A DNA stretch of 63,571 nucleotides, filler included, from Octopus bimaculoides (Eukaryota), in NCBI RefSeq assembly GCF_001194135.2. It is 5 parts of 5 records of this genome, joined end to end, with 100 filler letters (N's around TTAATTAATTAA, not from the genome) between each part and the next. Parts side by side here need not be neighbours in the genome. Positions count along the whole stretch, not along the records: positions 45,792 to 59,169 come from NC_068982.1; positions 59,270 to 61,754 come from NW_026408739.1; positions 61,855 to 63,571 come from NW_026363203.1; 2 more parts are not named here. One strand, 5' to 3'. Under the pieces are notes generated by a model. That model searched no databases. It saw nothing but the letters and a program-made list of their open reading frames with translations, and was not told where the DNA came from. Shown here piece by piece: positions 47,907 to 62,342 of this stretch (position 1 is the first letter of the stretch; each line of letters begins with the position of its first letter). The position numbers and the translations under genes were made by a program.

Positions 47907-49586
47907 ATATATAATATAATATTGAAACAGTGAGGTTTAAAAAAAGAAGTATATAAAACATATATTTATATATTTTTCAAAGCNNNNNNNNNNNNNNNNN
48001 NNNNNNNNNNNNNNNNNNNNNNNNNNNNNNNNNNNNNNNNNNNNNNNNNNNNNNNNNNNNNNNNNNNNNNNNNNNNNNNNNNNNNNNNNNNNNNNNNNNN
48101 NNNNNNNNNNNNNNNNNNNNNNNNNNNNNNNNNNNNNNNNNNNNNNNNNNNNNNNNNNNNNNNNNNNNNNNNNNNNNNNNNNNNNNNNNNNNNNNNNNNN
48201 NNNNNNNNNNNNNNNNNNNNNNNNNNNNNNNNNNNNNNNNNNNNNNNNNNNNNNNNNNNNNNNNNNNNNNNNNNNNNNNNNNNNNNNNNNNNNNNNNNNN
48301 NNNNNNNNNNNNNNNNNNNNNNNNNNNNNNNNNNNNNNNNNNNNNNNNNNNNNNNNNNNNNNNNNNNNNNNNNNNNNNNNNNNNNNNNNNNNNNNNNNNN
48401 NNNNNNNNNNNNNNNNNNNNNNNNNNNNNNNNNNNNNNNNNNNNNNNNNNNNNNNNNNNNNNNNNNNNNNNNNNNNNNNNNNNNNNNNNNNNNNNNNNNN
48501 NNNNNNNNNNNNNNNNNNNNNNNNNNNNNNNNNNNNNNNNNNNNNNNNNNNNNNNNNNNNNNNNNNNNNNNNNNNNNNNNNNNNNNNNNNNNNNNNNNNN
48601 NNNNNNNNNNNNNNNNNNNNNNNNNNNNNNNNNNNNNNNNNNNNNNNNNNNNNNNNNNNNNNNNNNNNNNNNNNNNNNNNNNNNNNNNNNNNNNNNNNNN
48701 NNNNNNNNNNNNNNNNNNNNNNNNNNNNNNNNNNNNNNNNNNNNNNNNNNNNNNNNNNNNNNNNNNNNNNNNNNNNNNNNNNNNNNNNNNNNNNNNNNNN
48801 NNNNNNNNNNNNNNNNNNNNNNNNNNNNNNNNNNNNNNNNNNNNNNNNNNNNNNNNNNNNNNNNNNNNNNNNTATATATATATATATATATTCAACCAGG
48901 TTTGGTGGTGTAGTTGTTGAGGAACGGTGTGTTCTGTAATTCTATAATACAGAATGTCTGATTATTCTTCCAGTGTATTTTTCAACTCTCTTATACATAT
49001 ATTATTGTTTGCAGAGCCTCTTAAAGCGTTTATAACGAATCGTTGAAGGAGCATTAAAAACGGCAACCTGGCTCGAATACAACAAACCTAAGGGTGTTCT
49101 ATGATATTAAGGACAAGAATTCACCTGCCTACCAAATATTAATTAATGCAGAACTTAATTCTTGTATATTACCTAGAGATCCTCATTTGTATATTGCCTA
49201 TAGATCCTGACATTAACATAGCTGCACTAGGCTATACAACAACAGATTTTCAAAAAATATCTGGAAATGCTGGGATTTTCCAAGAAAAGATAAGTTGACA
49301 GGTTCACGTTTTTCAGATCCAGTCAATTAGTGGTTTAGTGGTACAGGGGAGATTTGCAAAATATTCCCGTGATTTTCCGTTCGAATATCCCGAAATAAAC
49401 ATAAAGATGCAATCACGAGCGCACAGGCATACTAAAGAGATATGCATCCATAATATAGGTGCACACAGATACATAGAATAACTCACATGGTCACCTAGAA
49501 CTGTCTTGGCTCAGAAAAAGAAGAACTGTAACTTGTTAGCCACTGGTTTAAACTAAATGAAGAAGAATTTGGATAAATATTGTTAC

Positions 49587-49925
49587 ATTCACTTCAGATT
49601 TATTATTATTCTTATTTTAATGTCTTTTGTCAGAAATCTTTCATCACACATCCTGTGACCTCTTCAATAACTTTCCATCCGACCTATGTGTCTCTTCCTG
49701 TCCTGTTTAGTCCATTCTGTCTTCACAGAAGAAAACAGGACAGGGGGAGACACGTTGGTATGATGAAGAGTCGTTGAAGAGGTCACAGAATGTGTGACAA
49801 AAGATTTCACACAAAGGACACTAAAAAAGGAATAATAATAATAAAGATGAAGTGAAGACTAAAGACCAAGTATATGGTGTGTGTGGTTAATTGGCAAAAA
49901 AATACATGACCATCCCCAAATATAG
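49587..49925. mobile_element. Penelope-like element forming a ~120-bp-arm hairpin with a degenerate hammerhead in each arm
   Basis: 49587-49708 and ~49733-49856 are imperfect reverse complements. TTGAAGA-G-GTCACA..TGTGA(C/T)-(G/A)AAA-GATTTC at 49629-49671 (-) and 49770-49812 (+). The tail resembles 6540-6598. Confidence 0.62.
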
Positions 49926-50054
49926 CACTATCTGTTTCAACATACGATTTTACATCAGGAATCTTGCAACACAATTACATAAACGTAATTTTGGTAAATC
50001 TTTTTCAAAGAAAACATGGTGCAACAACAACAAAAACACACAATCACATATGTA

Positions 50055-50114
<60 letters not shown>

Positions 50115-50816
50115 CATATGTATCGACATAGATANNNNNNNNNNNNNNNNNNNNNNNNNNNNNNNNNNNNNNNNNNNNNNNNNNNNNNNNNNNNNNNNNN
50201 NNNNNNNNNNNNNNNNNNNNNNNNNNNNNNNNNNNNNNNNNNNNNNNNNNNNNNNNNNNNNNNNNNNNNNNNNNNNNNNNNNNNNNNNNNNNNNNNNNNN
50301 NNNNNNNNNNNNNNNNNNNNNNNNNNNNNNNNNNNNNNNNNNNNNNNNNNNNNNNNNNNNNNNNNNNNNNNNNNNNNNNNNNNNNNNNNNNNNNNNNNNN
50401 NNNNNNNNNNNNNNNNNNNNNNNNNNNNNNNNNNNNNNNNNNNNNNNNNNNNNNNNNNNNNNNNNNNNNNNNNNNNNNNNNNNNNNNNNNNNNNNNNNNN
50501 NNNNNNNNNNNNNNNNNNNNNNNNNNNNNNNNNNNNNNNNNNNNNNNNNNNNNNNNNNNNNNNNNNNNNNNNNNNNNNNNNNNNNNNNNNNNNNNNNNNN
50601 NNNNNNNNNNNNNNNNNNNNNNNNNNNNNNNNTAGGTCTATTTATTTGTTATTATTATTGTTATTGTTGTTGTAATAAAGTATTTTCAACGGATCAATTT
50701 TGAGCTCTATTTAAAGTTGATATATATTCAAAAACTCAACTGTGAGTTTTTTGCTAAGATTGTTAACAGATACTATATTTTTTACCAAATTTTTTGGTGA
50801 AAAAGAATATATATTT

Positions 50817-50859
<43 letters not shown>

Positions 50860-51483
50860 TATATATAATATAAATATATGTGTGGGTGTGGTTGTGTGAG
50901 TGTACATATACATATATAAATATCAATATAATATGTGTGTCTGTGTTTTATGTTTGTATATGATTCACAAACAAGTACATATGTATGCATTTATTCTTTA
51001 TTGAACACAGACACAAATTCTCGACACGCATATGCAGACACACACACACACTCACACATACACACACACTTACACACTTGCACACATACACACACACACC
51101 ACACGAGCGCGCATACACATACTCACACACCCACACATACAACCACTACCATCATTGTCAAGTCCCCGTAGATTTTTACGTAATTTAGCGAGACAAAACG
51201 AACACTAACTCTGTTTGAGGTAAAATAGAATTACCTCCCTTGTAGGTATGACTTGTTTACTTATATTTCTTTTATTTTCGCTTTTAATTTCTAATATAAT
51301 TTGTATCGATTTAAGAATTTTTTCATTTTCTTCTCTTTTTTTGTTCTACTTGTAATGAAATCTTTCAAACAGGAAGTGTTCTTCTGCTTTACCTCCCCCC
51401 TCTTATTCACCCATTTTACCAGCCGCTCGTTCAATGATAGCGACTAACTAGCTCGATCACAACCTCGTCTTTCTTTAACTTAC

Positions 51484-51557
51484 CTCAGGCTTTTCAGTGC
51501 ATGTATCAAATATATTCTCGGTTAAAGATACGACGACGTCGACGTCGGCGACTCCCA
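51484..51557 (-). CDS. Exon of an unidentified minus-strand gene (xGVADVDVVVSLTENIFDTCTEKPE)
   Basis: ttatttccaattcttcacatcccag acceptor, GAG|gtaagt donor. Only one frame is open (phase 1/0). Confidence 0.6.
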
Positions 51558-51678
51558 CTGGGATGTGAAGAATTGGAAATAAGTTATTAATGTAATTAAT
51601 TGTATGTTCTCACAGTGAGACTGAGAATTGGCTATGGCGGTGGTGGTGTTTCAGTTGAGATTTAGATGGCAGGCAGAT

Positions 51679-51766
<88 letters not shown>

Positions 51767-52307
51767 AACGAACGAACGAACGAACGAAAGAAGGAAAGAG
51801 AGAATAGAAGGAAGATTCGGAATGGTATAATTAAAATAAATGGAAAGAAAAGGGGAAAAGCAGAACTGCGAGAGAAGGAGAGACTGAACGACGAAAGAGA
51901 GATTAAGAGAAACGATACAACGTTATAAAATAGATATCCTTGAACACCGCCATTCGCCCACACCAATGTCTGAGTGAGCCTCTATGTGGTCGCTCAAAAT
52001 GCAAGAAATAGCAGCCACATTTCCCTCATACTCTACGATCTGAGGAAAGCACATTGGATAATGTGGTTTTGGCTTCTCTCCACATAGGAACAAGCAGGGA
52101 TGGTCATAGTGTAATGACTTTTATCTGAGGGTTGTTCGATAAGGTATTAAGCAACAACACAGAACAACCAAATAGTATCACTAGAAAACAACACGTCATT
52201 CTAACACACTCAGAGTTCAGTATTCACCGCTACCCGCGGGCTGACAAATTAGCTCCTTCCGAGGTGGACAAGAACAAAACATTTGAAATTACATATCCAG
52301 AACCATC

Positions 52308-52527
52308 TTAGCAGTGATTTGCCGCCGTCTTAACAGTCATTTGCTGCCGTCTCAGCAGCGATTTGCTGCCGTCTTAACAGTAATTTGCCGCTGTCTTAGC
52401 AGTGATTTGCGGCCGTCTTAGCAATGATTTGTCGCCGTCTTAGCAATGGTTTTCAGCCGTCTTAACAGTGATTTACTGCTGGCTCAGCAGTGATTTGCCG
52501 CCGTCTTAGCAGCGATTTGCCGCCGAG
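52308..52527. repeat. 22-bp minisatellite, 10 copies (consensus TTAGCAGTGATTTGCCGCCGTC)
   Basis: Ten contiguous 22-nt units with no indels and no unique spacers. Confidence 0.95.
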
Positions 52528-52579
52528 CAAATCAATCCATTGAGCCCTATAGTAATTATTCATTGCCAGCAAAGCAACG

Positions 52580-53180
52580 GCATAGATTAGAATCGGGTTC
52601 CTAGACCCTTGAGGCCCCCAGTTAACTGCCCAGTGTACCCATGCCTTAAGACAGTACTCAACATCAGTTAATGGATTACTGAAAACTTCGTTTACAACTC
52701 TCTTCGAGCGATACCTGAACGACATTTTCTCACTGCCATTTGTAGATGACCACCTGGGCATGCAACGGATACTGTTTATTGCCACAGCAAGCGTCAACCC
52801 CGAAAGTCCCTGCTACTACATGAAAAAAAAACCCTTCTACATATGATTTCCTTAAAAAGTCTATTCCAACACGACCTTACCACACTTTCGCAGAACATAC
52901 AGACATCCTCTAACGCACATGACGTCACACATATCCTCTTATCATTCGCCAGACAGTTGCACAACTACTCTAACCCGACATAAACCACTTAGAAATCAAG
53001 GTTCACAACATCTGAATTAATGTAAGCAACTACCGAATTCACTGTCTCTTCTTTTCTTACCAACAACACAAGAGAGCCTCCAGTACAATCAACCATCACA
53101 CTCATCAACATACTACACATGTACACGAAGAGGACAAAACTACTAGGAGTTACGTACAACTCCAAATATTCACGACACAC
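52580..53180 (+). mobile_element. Possible very decayed LINE RT fragment
   Basis: YLNDIFSLPFVDD and TKLLGVTYNSK resemble YINDL..FADD and KILGVTFD. Confidence 0.35.
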
Positions 53181-53269
53181 ATAGACGTCATCGCAAAGAA
53201 AGCAAAACGACGTACTTATGATCGCGAGTCCGCTGCCCTAACCACTGGGCCATTGCGCCTCCACAACTG

Positions 53270-53495
53270 CTTTTTATAGGCATGATTTCAGATTTTGGCA
53301 CAAAGCCAGCAGTTTTGTGGGATGGGCCAAGTCGTCTAAATCGACCCCAGTGCTCAAATGGTACTTATTTTACCAACCCCAAAAGGATGAAAGGCAAAGT
53401 CGACCCCGGCGGAATTTAAACTCAGAACGTTAAGACGGATGAAATGCCACTAAGTGATTTGTCTGGCGCGGTAACGATTCTGTTAGCTCGCCGCT
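53270..53495 (-). mobile_element. SINE (family B)
   Basis: Matches the other family B copies. Confidence 0.8.
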
Positions 53496-56399
53496 TTCTT
53501 CTGTGTATTAGTATTGATTTCTGAAGGAAATCTTATAGGAAAAATGGTTTCTGATTTTGGCATGAGACTAACAGTTTTGGAAGGAGGGTTTTAGTTGATA
53601 ACATCGACTGGTACTTTAGTTTATCAATATCTGAAAGATGAACGGCGAAGAAGACCTTAGTGGAGAATGAGAGCGTGTATCGGCGAGATAACTGAAGTAA
53701 AGTATATTTGACTGGGAACTGAAAATAAAAGGTATGGGGTAGACATAATGGAGTACAGATAAAAGGAAGCAAGTGGTGTTACTTGATTGGGCAAGTAACA
53801 CCATTTTCATTTCACATTTTTTTCATCTTTCACTATATCATATGTTTTATTATTTTTTTTTTTTTTCAATTGTTTTATGTCCCCAATGTGATGTATGTCC
53901 CCCTTTGTTGGCCTGTCATGGGTAATAAAAAAAACCATCCGCGATGTACTGAGTGCGCGATAGGTGAACCGCGATTTGGCGAGGGATTATTGTATTCTAA
54001 GTAAAGCATAAGACTTCATATTGATTTCTAACATTGGCAAAGGCCAGAGATTTAGACGAAAGGTAGAGTCGATTATATCGATCTCAGTACTTAAGTGGGT
54101 TTTTATTTTTTATTTTATCAACTTCAGTAGAATGAAACGCAAATTGAAGTTTGGTAGAATTTAAACTCAGCATTTAGTAAATGCTGTTAGTAAATACTGC
54201 AACGCTTACGGACTCGAATACTGAAGAAAAAATGTTGAAATTGAAAAAACAAGAGATTTGGTCATGAACTGTTATTGGCATTTATTTATTCCATCCCACA
54301 AAAGCCACAGACACACAAAAATCAAAAGGTAAAATCGATCCCCATTGCATTTGAACTCAGGACATAGAATGATAAAATTTAGTATTAGTCCGTTCGGCCT
54401 TCTCTGTCGTATTTCTATTAAGAAATTCCCGAGTTGTTTTGATTCAAGTTCAATTCTGAAAGAAATAATTAAACTATGTTTTGAAATGTCAAAAGACAAT
54501 ACTACAAAAAAACATAAATAATAAACAGTGTCTCGGTGAATTGAAAAATAAAATTATTAGGTTTTGTCTGAAAACTTTGCTTAAATAAATATAGCAAATT
54601 GAAAATTAAAAAAAAAAAATGAAGATTTCTTTTATCTTTGTATTATATTTTTTTAAGAACATCGAAAAGTTTACTTAATATTGAAAGTTCATATTTACCA
54701 CTTTGTACACAAAACACGATTCACAAAAGAAACTTTCAGATTTTAAAACTTTTCGGATTTTAAAACCATTGATAAGAGATTATGAAACACTGTTGCTTTT
54801 ATGTTCAAAACAAGAAAAAAAATTGTGTGAAGAAAGTAATTCGTACAGAATGCTACAAGTTTAATGTAATAGTTAAGCAGGATTTTCGTTGTGAATCGAA
54901 ATGTATTATTTTTTTCTTAGTCAGTGGAGGAGGGACAGCGCTCGTAACTACTTTACATTCACTTCTGAAAGTGGCAGGAGTTAGAGAGGACAAAACTATG
55001 GATCTATTCCATTTCTGATACTTACAACACAGTGGGCTCTGCTAAAGATACCCCACAGTCAAGTATAGGTGTTAAATATCTACTATCCCTCTGACAGTCT
55101 TACTTAAAGTTTCCACCCACTCAAATTCTCTAATAAGGCTTGATCAAACTGAAACTACGATGAAAGATGCTTGCCCATGGTACCGCGCAAGGGGATCGAA
55201 CATGGAAAAACAAGACTGCAAAGCAAACTTATTAACCAAATGGTCATACTCGCGGATTTTGTAAAGCGGTGGTATTTAGTTAGTCTCCATTCGGTTCTAT
55301 ATTCACTTCTCGCAAGAACTAATTTTGTTTTCATTCTTCCAGAGTTTATAAAAATAAGTCCAAATCGAATATTGAAGTCAACTTAATCCCCACTCTACTC
55401 CCACCCCACCCTACTAGTCTTGTACCAATGTTAAAGATTATTGTTGTTGCTGCTGTTGCTAGGTCGTTGAGTAAAATGTAAGCATCCAGAGAACAGAGTC
55501 GATGAGCTAGCTTCGGCTCTCACTTGTAGCTAATTCACTTCATTCATGCAGCTAATGTCGTGCAGAAATGCATGAACAACGTACATATCTATAAATTAGT
55601 CACACGGAGTTCGAGAAATAAATAATGGTGCATTTATGTCGTTAATGATGTCGGATGGGCTTGAATTTGTTCTTTTTTAATGTTTTCAATAAGTGGACGA
55701 CTGACTAGCTGCCTGGATCGTGAGAAGGATTAATGGACTGCGAGAGGGGGGGGGGGCAAGGAAGGGATAGGATGGTTGACAAAGAACTAGGAGGAAAAAA
55801 AACTGGAAATGAAAAGAGTTAGTCACTTTGAAGCCTATAACGTATATAATGAGTAATTAAGATATTAATTTATTAACCTGTAGATTAGTAGAATTTGTTA
55901 TTGGCCTTTCATCAAGTAGGGAGGCAGAAAGCACCTGTGTATTATTATGAGTGTCAAGAAATACATTCAAGTGTACAGCCATTTTATTGATCATTATCTA
56001 CCCAGTTAGATTGCCGTACTGTCTAAAATGTATGACAATAGTATGGCAAGTTTGTTGCTATGATGACCTTCTCTGATAGAAAATTTCTATATCGACTTAT
56101 TTTTAGAGTGTGATTCAAAGCAAGACTTAGTAGCAAAGCATCAAACATCAGATCAGCGACGTGGCTAGAATTAATCTCGCTCAGAACAAGTCAATAAACG
56201 GCACCCATAAAGTCGGTGTCCTTCCCAATTCTACTTAATTCATATTAATTCAAAGTTGTTATTCAAAACAATAACTTTAATATACTTTTAGGAAGTTTAT
56301 TTTATGACAAATGGAAAACAGTTAAACATAAAATATACATTAAGTAATTATTAATATATTTACAAGTAAAGCAATACAAAAATGTATGAACACTTACTG

Positions 56400-58460
56400 A
56401 AGTGAAATCATTCTATGTTACTTTAAAAGAATTGTCGTGTTTATACCAATGTTTGACTATTTCTAAGAATAACTATGAACTTCGTTTTAAAGTTTGACAT
56501 TTCTTACTTTTATCAATGCAAATGCATCAGTAATATCATCATAATTTGTTTTTAGTTTCTTCACATACACTACTGAGTTAGGTTAAAGCCAAGTCTTTCT
56601 TGATGCATTGAAGTTCTCAAATATGATAACATCAAATATAAATTGCTGAAAGATCACAACCTGCGGCTGACAATTGAAATTGCAATAGTGAGCACTACCT
56701 GAATAGCAACTCACAAATTTGAAAAACATTTTCATTTCCATATTGAACAATAACCTTGAGGAGTTTCTAATTTCTACAACTATAAACGTCTTGTTAACTT
56801 TTCAGACCGTCTTACAATCCAATAATTCTGCATAAAATTCAAATCCGTTTATATCGGTGTCATATAAAACTATACGAGATTGAGACAAGATACTATGTGA
56901 ATGCTTCTGTTTACATTTGAATCAAGCAGTAATTCTGTGTCAGCTAAGAGAAATCCAAATTCTGGAACCAAGTCGTAGTGATGAGTAAATATTTCATACT
57001 TTTCATTGTATAGACGATCAATTGTAATTTCATTATTCTCATCATTTCTCGTTTTGAAGTTAACCGCCATCACTGACTCTTTCACAAATAATTAACTCCT
57101 TCTTTTGAAGCGTCTTTATATTTGACTATTCCATTCATCATATACTCCAGTTCAAATGAATAGCTGGTCAATAGTTCTTAACTGTTTAAAAGTTTATCTT
57201 GAAGGATCTCATCATAGTTCATAATATGACCTTGGAATTTGTTTTTAAATATGGACAATCTCCATAAGAATTTTATTCCAACAGTTAAGCAAATCCAGGA
57301 AATTAGAAGTTAGAATTTTATTTCATATTTGCCTCTTTTATGGGGAATTTAATTTTGATCATCAACCATGCTTTCAAAAAATCACTAAGACATTAAATTA
57401 TTCATGAACTGGCTTTGCAGTTTCGGTTTTGGAACGCCGTCGAATCTCAGATTCACATTTGTCAATTATTGGTACGGCATCTTTCAGCTTTTGCTGATTG
57501 AGAGTTGAACAGGAAAAGAATAAAGCGACTGACCTGTACTAAAAAATTTACCATAAATACATCATGGCTTCTAGCACGGACTCCAACCAAATTGAGAGAA
57601 TGATTATCGCAATTTACAAAAATAGCTCTGCAATGCTTTTTCATTAAATCTCTGTTGAACATCACTTTTATAGCCAGCTACAACTGCATCATTGTCATAG
57701 TAATGAGATCGACAGTCTTCTAATGACATTTCGTCTTTTACATGTTGTTACTTCCACCCTGTTTGCAGCATCCTTTCGTTTTAATTGAATATACCAAAGA
57801 AAAAAAAAACCTCGCTTGTAAAAATAGTTTTCTCCTTAGAATCAATATCAACAAAACAAATCGTTTCTACTATTTTCTCTTGATGTGCTTGATCTGAAGT
57901 ATAATCAAAGATGAGGCGAAAATATTTAGCCTCATAAATGTTGTGTAGCAGTTTCTAGTAAACAGAAGCCATCATTTGAGTACATTAATTCTGCTCCAAT
58001 GGAAATAAATATGCTATTCTTTCGGGTTTGTTTTCCACATTACTAGTATGTTCGTTCATAACAGGATCAAAGCTTGCCAACAATTTTAATAACCCCTAAA
58101 ACATTCCGGAAAAATTGCTTTCCTCTTCTCGACTATGGATTTCCTCCTGTCAACGCAAAGGTTGCTTTTGAGTTGCTAAAAAATTTATGCAATAAAGAAT
58201 TCTATGTAGAACATCCCGCCATTTTCGTTTTTTCTTTGGATCTCTATGTCCTCTATTTTCTAAAACATTTCTTTGCATTTCTTTACATTGGATTAAGCAG
58301 TATCGATGAGGCTTTTTATTTTGTTTCGGTTTTTTTTGTTGTTATTTTTTTTAACTTTTTCGTGGATGCTAAACCTTTCCGGTGCATTCCAATGTTCGAA
58401 TCCAATTTTTTTTTTAGGCTGAAATGGTATTTTGTGAGAATAGCAAACAACAAAAGCTAA
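56400..58460 (-). mobile_element. Decayed hAT transposase (ZMYM1-like/hAT dimerisation type)
   Basis: In order: EAKYFRLIFDYTSDQAHQEK, DCRSHYYDNDAVVAG, AIFVNCDNHSLNLVG, FGFLL and C-terminal VAIQVVLTIAISI...SFSNL.L.LSYLRTSMHQERL. Many stops. Confidence 0.87.
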
Positions 58461-58916
58461 AAAAGCTACTTTCTTCTCACGAGAATAAACAAGTTATGAA
58501 CACCAAACTTCTCCACATCCAATTCCTAACATTCTTTGAAACCATCTTTCATTCTTTTATCGGTTTTGTATGAGAAATCCTTTATTATTCCTATAATACT
58601 TCGAACCGTTATAACTATTTCTGCTTGTAGAACGTGTTTATTTATATTCTCGCGCGCGTGTGTATGTGAGAGTTTGTGCATGCATGCATGTGTCTGTGTG
58701 TGTGGTGCAATTTTATTAAATACGAAGTAACCTACATTGCGATACTGACTTGCAGGCACTCTATGTAGGATGTGCTGCCTGTTTTAGTATCTTCTACATC
58801 TTGAAAGACATTATATTTCCCTTCTGATGGATTGATATCTAAGTCTACATTCAATTTTGATGCAATGAATCTTAGTGAAAGACTAAAGTGATCAAGAAAC
58901 AAATTTGTAAACTTAC

Positions 58917-59022
58917 TAAAAATGATTTAATTCCTTCTTCTAGCGCTTTTTGTATTTTCAACATTCTGATCCAGTCCGCTTCATTTTCACTACAGGCGAT
59001 GTTCGCCATATGATTGAATATT
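58917..59022 (-). CDS. Exon of the unidentified minus-strand gene (IFNHMANIACSENEADWIRMLKIQKALEEGIKSFL)
   Basis: ttactttcattag acceptor, TTA|gtaagt donor, phase 2/0, non-repetitive protein-like sequence. Confidence 0.68.
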
Positions 59023-60845
59023 CTAATGAAAGTAACACACCTGCACTCACACACCCATTTATACACACATAATAGATGCACAAACACAAATATATACACA
59101 CATAGCTACATATGTATACAGACACACACATACACACACACACACACAAACATATATATATATATATATNNNNNNNNNNNNNNNNNNNNNNNNNNNNNNN
59201 NNNNNNNNNNNNNTTAATTAATTAANNNNNNNNNNNNNNNNNNNNNNNNNNNNNNNNNNNNNNNNNNNNCAAATAATATATGAATATATGCATATATACG
59301 TACATGTATGTACATACCTGCGTCTACATGTATATATAGATGCATATCTGGGTACAGGACGTAGCAAAGTAACGTGGACAAAATGATAAACAGAGTACAG
59401 AAAACACACAGGCCACATAGAGAACATTTCCTTCATCGGCTGCCATACATATATACATACATACATACATACATACATACATACATACACACATACATAC
59501 ATATACTTGCATATGTTTAGGCAGAAATAGGTATCGGGATGTATTTACATATACGTGCAAGTATGTGTACACACAAACACACACACACACACGCACACAC
59601 ATATACATTGGCATTGGTTGGGTTTTCTTCGTGGGTAATCTTATTAGGCATAGATAACGCTTAAATACTGGTGTCTAGTTTAAGGAGTTCTTATATATAT
59701 ACATACATGCATACATACATATATGCACAGGTATCATTATACTTACAAATTTACAATAAAGCGAACATATGTGCATGCACTTGTACGTGCATATGTATAT
59801 ATGTGAGCGTGTGTATATGTGTATCTATGTGTGTGTGTGTTTGTATATATATTTATATATATATATATATATNNNNNNNNNNNNNNNNNNNNNNNNNNNN
59901 NNNNNNNNNNNNNNNNNNNNNNNNNNNNNNNNNNNNNNNNNNNNNNNNNNNNNNNNNNNNNNNNNNNNNNNNNNNNNNNNNNNNNNNNNNNNNNNNNNNN
60001 NNNNNNNNNNNNNNNNNNNNNNNNNNNNNNNNNNNNNNNNNNNNNNNNNNNNNNNNNNNNNNNNNNNNNNNNNNNNNNNNNNNNNNNNNNNNNNNNNNNN
60101 NNNNNNNNNNNNNNNNNNNNNNNNNNNNNNNNNNNNNNNNNNNNNNNNNNNNNNNNNNNNNNNNNNNNNNNNNNNNNNNNNNNNNNNNNNNNNNNNNNNN
60201 NNNNNNNNNNNNNNNNNNNNNNNNNNNNNNNNNNNNNNNNNNNNNNNNNNNNNNNNNNNNNNNNNNNNNNNNNNNNNNNNNNNNNNNNNNNNNNNNNNNN
60301 NNNNNNNNNNNNNNNNNNNNNNNNNNNNNNNNNNNNNNNNNNNNNNNNNNNNNNNNNNNNNNNNNNNNNNNNNNNNNNNNNNNNNNNNNNNNNNNNNNNN
60401 NNNNNNNNNNNNNNNNNNNNNNNNNNNNNNNNNNNNNNNNNNNNNNNNNNNNNNNNNNNNNNNNNNNNNNNNNNNNNNNNNNNNNNNNNNNNNNNNNNNN
60501 NNNNNNNNNNNNNNNNNNNNNNNNNNNNNNNNNNNNNNNNNNNNNNNNNNNNNNNNNNNNNNNNNNNNNNNNNNNNNNNNNNNNNNNNNNNNNNNNNNNN
60601 NNNNNNNNNNNNNNNNNNNNNNNNNNNNNNNNNNNNNNNNNNNNNNNNNNATATCAGATTTGCGTATATGGATGTACACAACAGCGCCCATGTTTTCATA
60701 CAAACACAGGCACAATACACAGACCCACATACATACATACATACATACATACATACATACATACATTCACACATACACATATGCATACAGACGCACATAC
60801 ATAGATACTCATACACAGACTTATATAAATATAAATATGTGTATG

Positions 60846-60884
<39 letters not shown>

Positions 60885-60894
60885 NNNNNNNNNN

Positions 60895-60928
<34 letters not shown>

Positions 60929-62342
60929 GCTTAAAGGCACCCGCTCTCACCAGAGTAATCACACCACATACACGTACACATGTAAACACTCAGAGGCATT
61001 CGCAGATACAACCCCGCACGTGAGTTACACACAATAATAAAATAATCACACATGTACACATACCCTCACCTACAAGGACACATATACACGCACACACACT
61101 TTGTCACAGAAACACACGCACACACAGACACGTCTATGCCTTTATATGGAGTTAAACACTCCATAAATGCTAACGTAAAAGTAGCATGCGAACACATAAG
61201 CATACATACACACACACTCACACATAAACTCACACACATACACACACACGCACACATACGCACACGGCCACACAAGCACATCTACACACAGACACTGTTC
61301 ACACATTATATGCAGTTAAACACTTCATAAATATTACCATAAAAGAATCACACACACNNNNNNNNNNAGGTTGTTTTTTTTTATGGGAGGAGATCTCATT
61401 TTATCCCGCATCGAGTTCTCCTGTATTCTCTCAGACTTTTTTTTTCATTTTTCTATCTTTCTTTCTTTCGATATTTTCTCAGTGTATGTTTGCACATACA
61501 TACACATACAAAGACATACATACGTACGTGCATAAATATGTATAAAATACAAACACACACACACACACACTTACGTATACGTAGGTATATAAATATATGT
61601 AGATGTATGCATATACCTACATATTTACATACATGCATACATGCATGGACACACACACACTCTCGCGCACATTTATATCTGTATATTTGAATGTATTTGT
61701 ATATATAAACATGTATGACTACGTATGTGTATTAAATATATATATATATATATANNNNNNNNNNNNNNNNNNNNNNNNNNNNNNNNNNNNNNNNNNNNTT
61801 AATTAATTAANNNNNNNNNNNNNNNNNNNNNNNNNNNNNNNNNNNNNNNNNNNNAATTGATATTAATCAATTAAAACCAGTGGCTTAGCATATTTAAAAA
61901 AATCGAAGATTAAAAATTATATTACATACAATATTAAGTGGAATGACCAACAGGGTGGACTCCTAATATGCTAAAGATAAACGTCAAATCGCCTTACCAC
62001 GAAGAGTGTGTTCTCAAGAAAAATTTCAGCAAAACGCCGTAATGTAAAAACGAGCAAGACAATTTAAAATGTACGAAATAAAAAAGACGTTTCAACGATT
62101 TCGCTGCGGAGGGGCGATAAAAGTAACACAATAGTTAACCAATAGCCGTAAAGGATTCATTGTGTCATAACGACTTCGGAGTCACTGTCAAGAATATTCT
62201 TGTTTAAGAAGAATAAATTTTTTACTCTACAAAAGTATAAAGTAATGCGTCAGTTTAAAGTAAAATTGTTTATAACTGAAAATATAAGAACAAACACACA
62301 TACGTTTATTTTTCGTTCTCTCCATTATTTTTTCTCTCAATC

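Noticed and set aside
52308-52527. CRISPR-like look of the 22-bp array
   Set aside because: No unique spacers, no cas genes, and a eukaryotic context.
55026-55041. 16-nt minus-strand micro-exon (QSPLC) that would bridge 58917 to 51557 in phase
   Set aside because: Good donor but weak pyrimidine tract. A phase match is easily due to chance without RNA evidence.
56150-58800. Terminal inverted repeats for the large hAT relic
   Set aside because: A candidate end at ~56153 (CAGCGACGTGGC) has no matching partner on the other side.
6726-61037. Long ORFs full of X in the track
   Set aside because: They are open only because N codons have no stops.
27299-61810. TTAATTAATTAA islands inside N runs (27299, 45736, 59214, 61799)
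   Set aside because: Identical 12-mer centred in similar-sized gaps, with stops in all six frames: a scaffolding linker, not biology.
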